From sequence record NC_019410.1: a stretch of DNA of 64,000 nt; one strand, written 5' to 3'. How positions within the stretch are numbered: position 1 is the first letter of the stretch; each line of letters opens with the position of its first letter. Under the pieces are notes generated by a model. That model did not search any database. It was given only the letters and a program-made list of their open reading frames with translations, and had not been told where the DNA came from. Shown here one piece after another: positions 61,756 through 64,000 of the stretch. The position numbers were made by a program, and so were the translations under genes.

Positions 61756-61989
61756 ATGAGCCGCATCCGTGTCATCGACCGCGACGGGTTCATGCAGGGC
61801 TGGGTCGACGCCCGCGTCGGCCTGCCGACCTATTCTGGCCCCGTCACCCGCTGGACCGAGAAGGGCTCGTTCTGGACCACCGGAGCCGACGGCGAGGAGC
61901 GCCTTTGGAAGGCCGGCAACCACCAGCCCTGCGTCTACAAGAGCAAGCTCCGCAAGAGCGACATCATCCACGCGCGACGGGAGGGCTAA
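61756..61989 (+). CDS. hypothetical protein
   Basis: Abuts upstream stop. Confidence 0.65.
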   Translation: MSRIRVIDRDGFMQGWVDARVGLPTYSGPVTRWTEKGSFWTTGADGEERLWKAGNHQPCVYKSKLRKSDIIHARREG

Positions 61990-61990
61990 C

Positions 61991-62308
61991 ATGAGCCTGC
62001 TGGCCATCTATTTGACGGGCGCGGCGCTCACCGGCGCGGCGACGGCCGTCTACCTCTTCAAGGTCCGGGCGCCGGCGACCAAGGAGACCTACACCACCAC
62101 CTGGGGCTATGTCGAAACCGACGACGTCAACGAGACCGGCAACCACCTGGGGGCGATCCTCCTGATGGCGCTCTTCTGGTTCGTCATGGTTCCGATGGGG
62201 ATCGTCATGGGCCTCTGGCATCTGCTGGTCCGCGCCGTAGACAAGGCTTGGCGCCGCCGCACGTCGCGCCGCGAGAAGACGCACGTCGGCACCCATCGCT
62301 ATCTGTGA
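61991..62308 (+). CDS. membrane protein
   Basis: Two hydrophobic segments. Confidence 0.7.
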   Translation: MSLLAIYLTGAALTGAATAVYLFKVRAPATKETYTTTWGYVETDDVNETGNHLGAILLMALFWFVMVPMGIVMGLWHLLVRAVDKAWRRRTSRREKTHVGTHRYL

Positions 62309-62324
62309 TCGCCGCCAGCCCGGC

Positions 62325-62366
62325 TGGCTTCAGTGTGTTGACGGCGCGTCGCTCGCCCGCTAAGAA
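62325..62366 (+). promoter_or_regulatory. promoter element without GACGACAAC leader
   Basis: TGGC-N9-TTGACG-N17-TAAGAA. Confidence 0.75.
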
Positions 62367-62424
62367 GGGCTGACGGTCACGCTCTGGCTGCATGAATTTT
62401 CAATCCGAAAGAGGCCTTAAGTAC

Positions 62425-64000
62425 ATGGATTTCCACGTCTTTAAGACGGCCGTCGCCAAGCAGTGGGCCGCGATGACCAAGGATGACGCGACCCTGTTCC
62501 GCGTCGACGTCGACAAGGACCTCCTGTGGTCGACCTATCTGGGGGCGTTCCCGGCCGGGACCGATCCGATCTTCCGCGAGCGCTCCGAGCACGACTGCTC
62601 GTGCTGCCGCAACTTCATCCGCAACGCCGGCGACGCCGTGGCGGTGGTGAACGGCCAGATCGTCACGATCTGGGATGGCAAAATCGAGGGCGAGCCGGCC
62701 TACCAGCAAGTCGCCGCCACCCTGGCGGCCCTGGTCCGCTCGCGCCCGGTGCGCGACATCTTCCTGCACGACCAGAAGACCATCGGGACCGACAAGAACG
62801 TCGAGACCATGCTGGGCGGCGACATCACCTGGAACCACTTCTTCGTCAATGTCCCCTCGCGCTTCGTCAAGAAGGGCAAGGACATCCCGACCGCGCTCCA
62901 CATCCCGCGCACCGCGCAGGAGACGCTTCTGCGCGCCGTGACCGAGATCACCGACGAGGCGATCGACACGGTGCTGGACCTGATCGCCCAGAACGCGCTC
63001 TATCGCGGGGCCGAGCATAAGTCGGCGGTGGTGGCGTTCCAGAAGGCCAAGAAGACCTTCGAGGGCCTGTCGGCCGCCGACAAGGCGCTGAAGGCCTGGG
63101 TCAACGTCACCAACGGCGAAATCTGGGGCTCGGTCTCCGGCATCCGGAGCACGGTGATCGGCTCGCTGCTGGTCGACCTGTCGGCTGACGTCGACCTGGA
63201 GGACGCGGTCAAGAAGTTCGAGGCCAAGGTCGCGCCGCACAACTACAAGCGCACGACCGCCCTGGTGACCAAGAAGCAGATCGAGAACGCCAAGAAGACG
63301 ATCTCCGACCTGGGCCTGACTTCGGCCCTGGAGCGGCGCTACGCCGTCCTCAAGGACGTGTCGATCAACGACGTGCTGTTCGCCGACCGCGACGCCAAGT
63401 CGGTGATGAACGATGTCTTCGACGATCTGGCCGCCGACGTCGCCGAGAAGGCCAAGTCCTACGACAAGGTCGAGGAGGTCTCGATCGACAAGTTCCTGTC
63501 CGACATCCTCCCGAGGGTGTCGAGCGTCGAGGCCCTGGTCGAGAACCGCCTGACGAGCAATTTCGTCAGCCTGATCGCGCCGGTCGATCCGACCGCCGGC
63601 TCCCTCTTCAAGTGGGGGAACAACTTCTCCTGGTCCTATGCCGGGGAGGTGGCGGACTCGATCAAGGCCCGCGTCAAGGCGGCCGGCGGCAACGTCACCG
63701 GCGATCTCTGCTGCCGTCTGGCGTGGTTCAACTATGACGACCTCGACTTCCACATGAAGGAGCCGGGCGGTAACCTGATCTACTTCCGCCAGAAGTCCTC
63801 GCCCTACACGGGCGGGCGCCTCGACGTCGACATGAACGCCGGCGGGGGCCATACCCGCGAGCCGGTCGAGAACATCTTCTACGGCGATCGCCGGACGATG
63901 AAGGAAGGCGTCTACGAACTGATGGTCCATCAGTTCAGCAAGCGCGAGTCCAGCAACGTCGGCTTCGAGGTGGAGATCGACTACCTGGGCTCGATCACCC
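62425..64000 (+). CDS. large conserved phage hypothetical protein, partial (>525 aa)
   Basis: Manual translation, open to window end: MDFHVFKTAV...EHDCSCCRNFI...DDLDFHMKEPGGNLIYF...GGRLDVDMNAG...EPVENI. Confidence 0.85.
   Translation, partial: MDFHVFKTAVAKQWAAMTKDDATLFRVDVDKDLLWSTYLGAFPAGTDPIFRERSEHDCSCCRNFIRNAGDAVAVVNGQIVTIWDGKIEGEPAYQQVAATLAALVRSRPVRDIFLHDQKTIGTDKNVETMLGGDITWNHFFVNVPSRFVKKGKDIPTALHIPRTAQETLLRAVTEITDEAIDTVLDLIAQNALYRGAEHKSAVVAFQKAKKTFEGLSAADKALKAWVNVTNGEIWGSVSGIRSTVIGSLLVDLSADVDLEDAVKKFEAKVAPHNYKRTTALVTKKQIENAKKTISDLGLTSALERRYAVLKDVSINDVLFADRDAKSVMNDVFDDLAADVAEKAKSYDKVEEVSIDKFLSDILPRVSSVEALVENRLTSNFVSLIAPVDPTAGSLFKWGNNFSWSYAGEVADSIKARVKAAGGNVTGDLCCRLAWFNYDDLDFHMKEPGGNLIYFRQKSSPYTGGRLDVDMNAGGGHTREPVENIFYGDRRTMKEGVYELMVHQFSKRESSNVGFEVEIDYLGSIT

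Noticed and set aside
62314-62328. GCCAGC-CCG-GCTGGC hairpin as a terminator
   Set aside because: Short stem, no U-tract, and it overlaps the TGGC box of the next promoter
10092-62343. TGGC...TTG as sigma54 promoters
   Set aside because: Sigma54 needs TGGC-N7-TTGC; here the spacing is 9 nt and a normal -10 box follows at 17 nt
1-64000. Bacterial chromosome or integrated prophage (because of gcrA, acpP, nadV, rtcB)
   Set aside because: Host-like genes are isolated among over 100 short overlapping phage-type ORFs; no integrase, att site, housekeeping operon, tRNA or rRNA recognised

Overview
GC-rich, gene-dense DNA made almost entirely of short, tightly overlapping phage-type ORFs. Genes in 1-40,963 lie on the minus strand and genes in 41,099-64,000 on the plus strand, diverging from one hub near 41,000. 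No structural, integrase, tRNA, rRNA or CRISPR features were recognised. The GcrA homologue, XRE regulator, NadV + NadM-Nudix, RtcB, SPFH and Caulobacter-type sigma70 promoters fit best with the accessory (early, host-takeover) region of a phiCbK-like Caulobacter jumbo phage. This is an inference; a BLAST search is needed. Family names come from motif recognition by eye, not database searches. Recognisable cargo: a NARP2-type NAD salvage pair, Pth2, a RelA/SpoT-type HD hydrolase, a MazG-like protein, RtcB, an HslV-like Ntn hydrolase, ArdC, an acyl carrier protein, two HNH nucleases, a HAD nucleotidase, a metallophosphoesterase and a large protein ending in a PEP-utiliser phospho-His domain. 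Two signals stand out. (1) A multi-box promoter/leader element recurs about 20 times: TGGC-N9-TTGACA-N17-TAGAAN-N6..10-GACGACAAC-SD-start. It has a fixed-position TGGC box in 15 copies and a conserved mRNA 5' leader, and it divides the region into cassettes. (2) The only large non-coding gap (1,858-2,155) has its own promoter, a terminator and crossing helices, which suggests an unannotated ~220-nt structured RNA.
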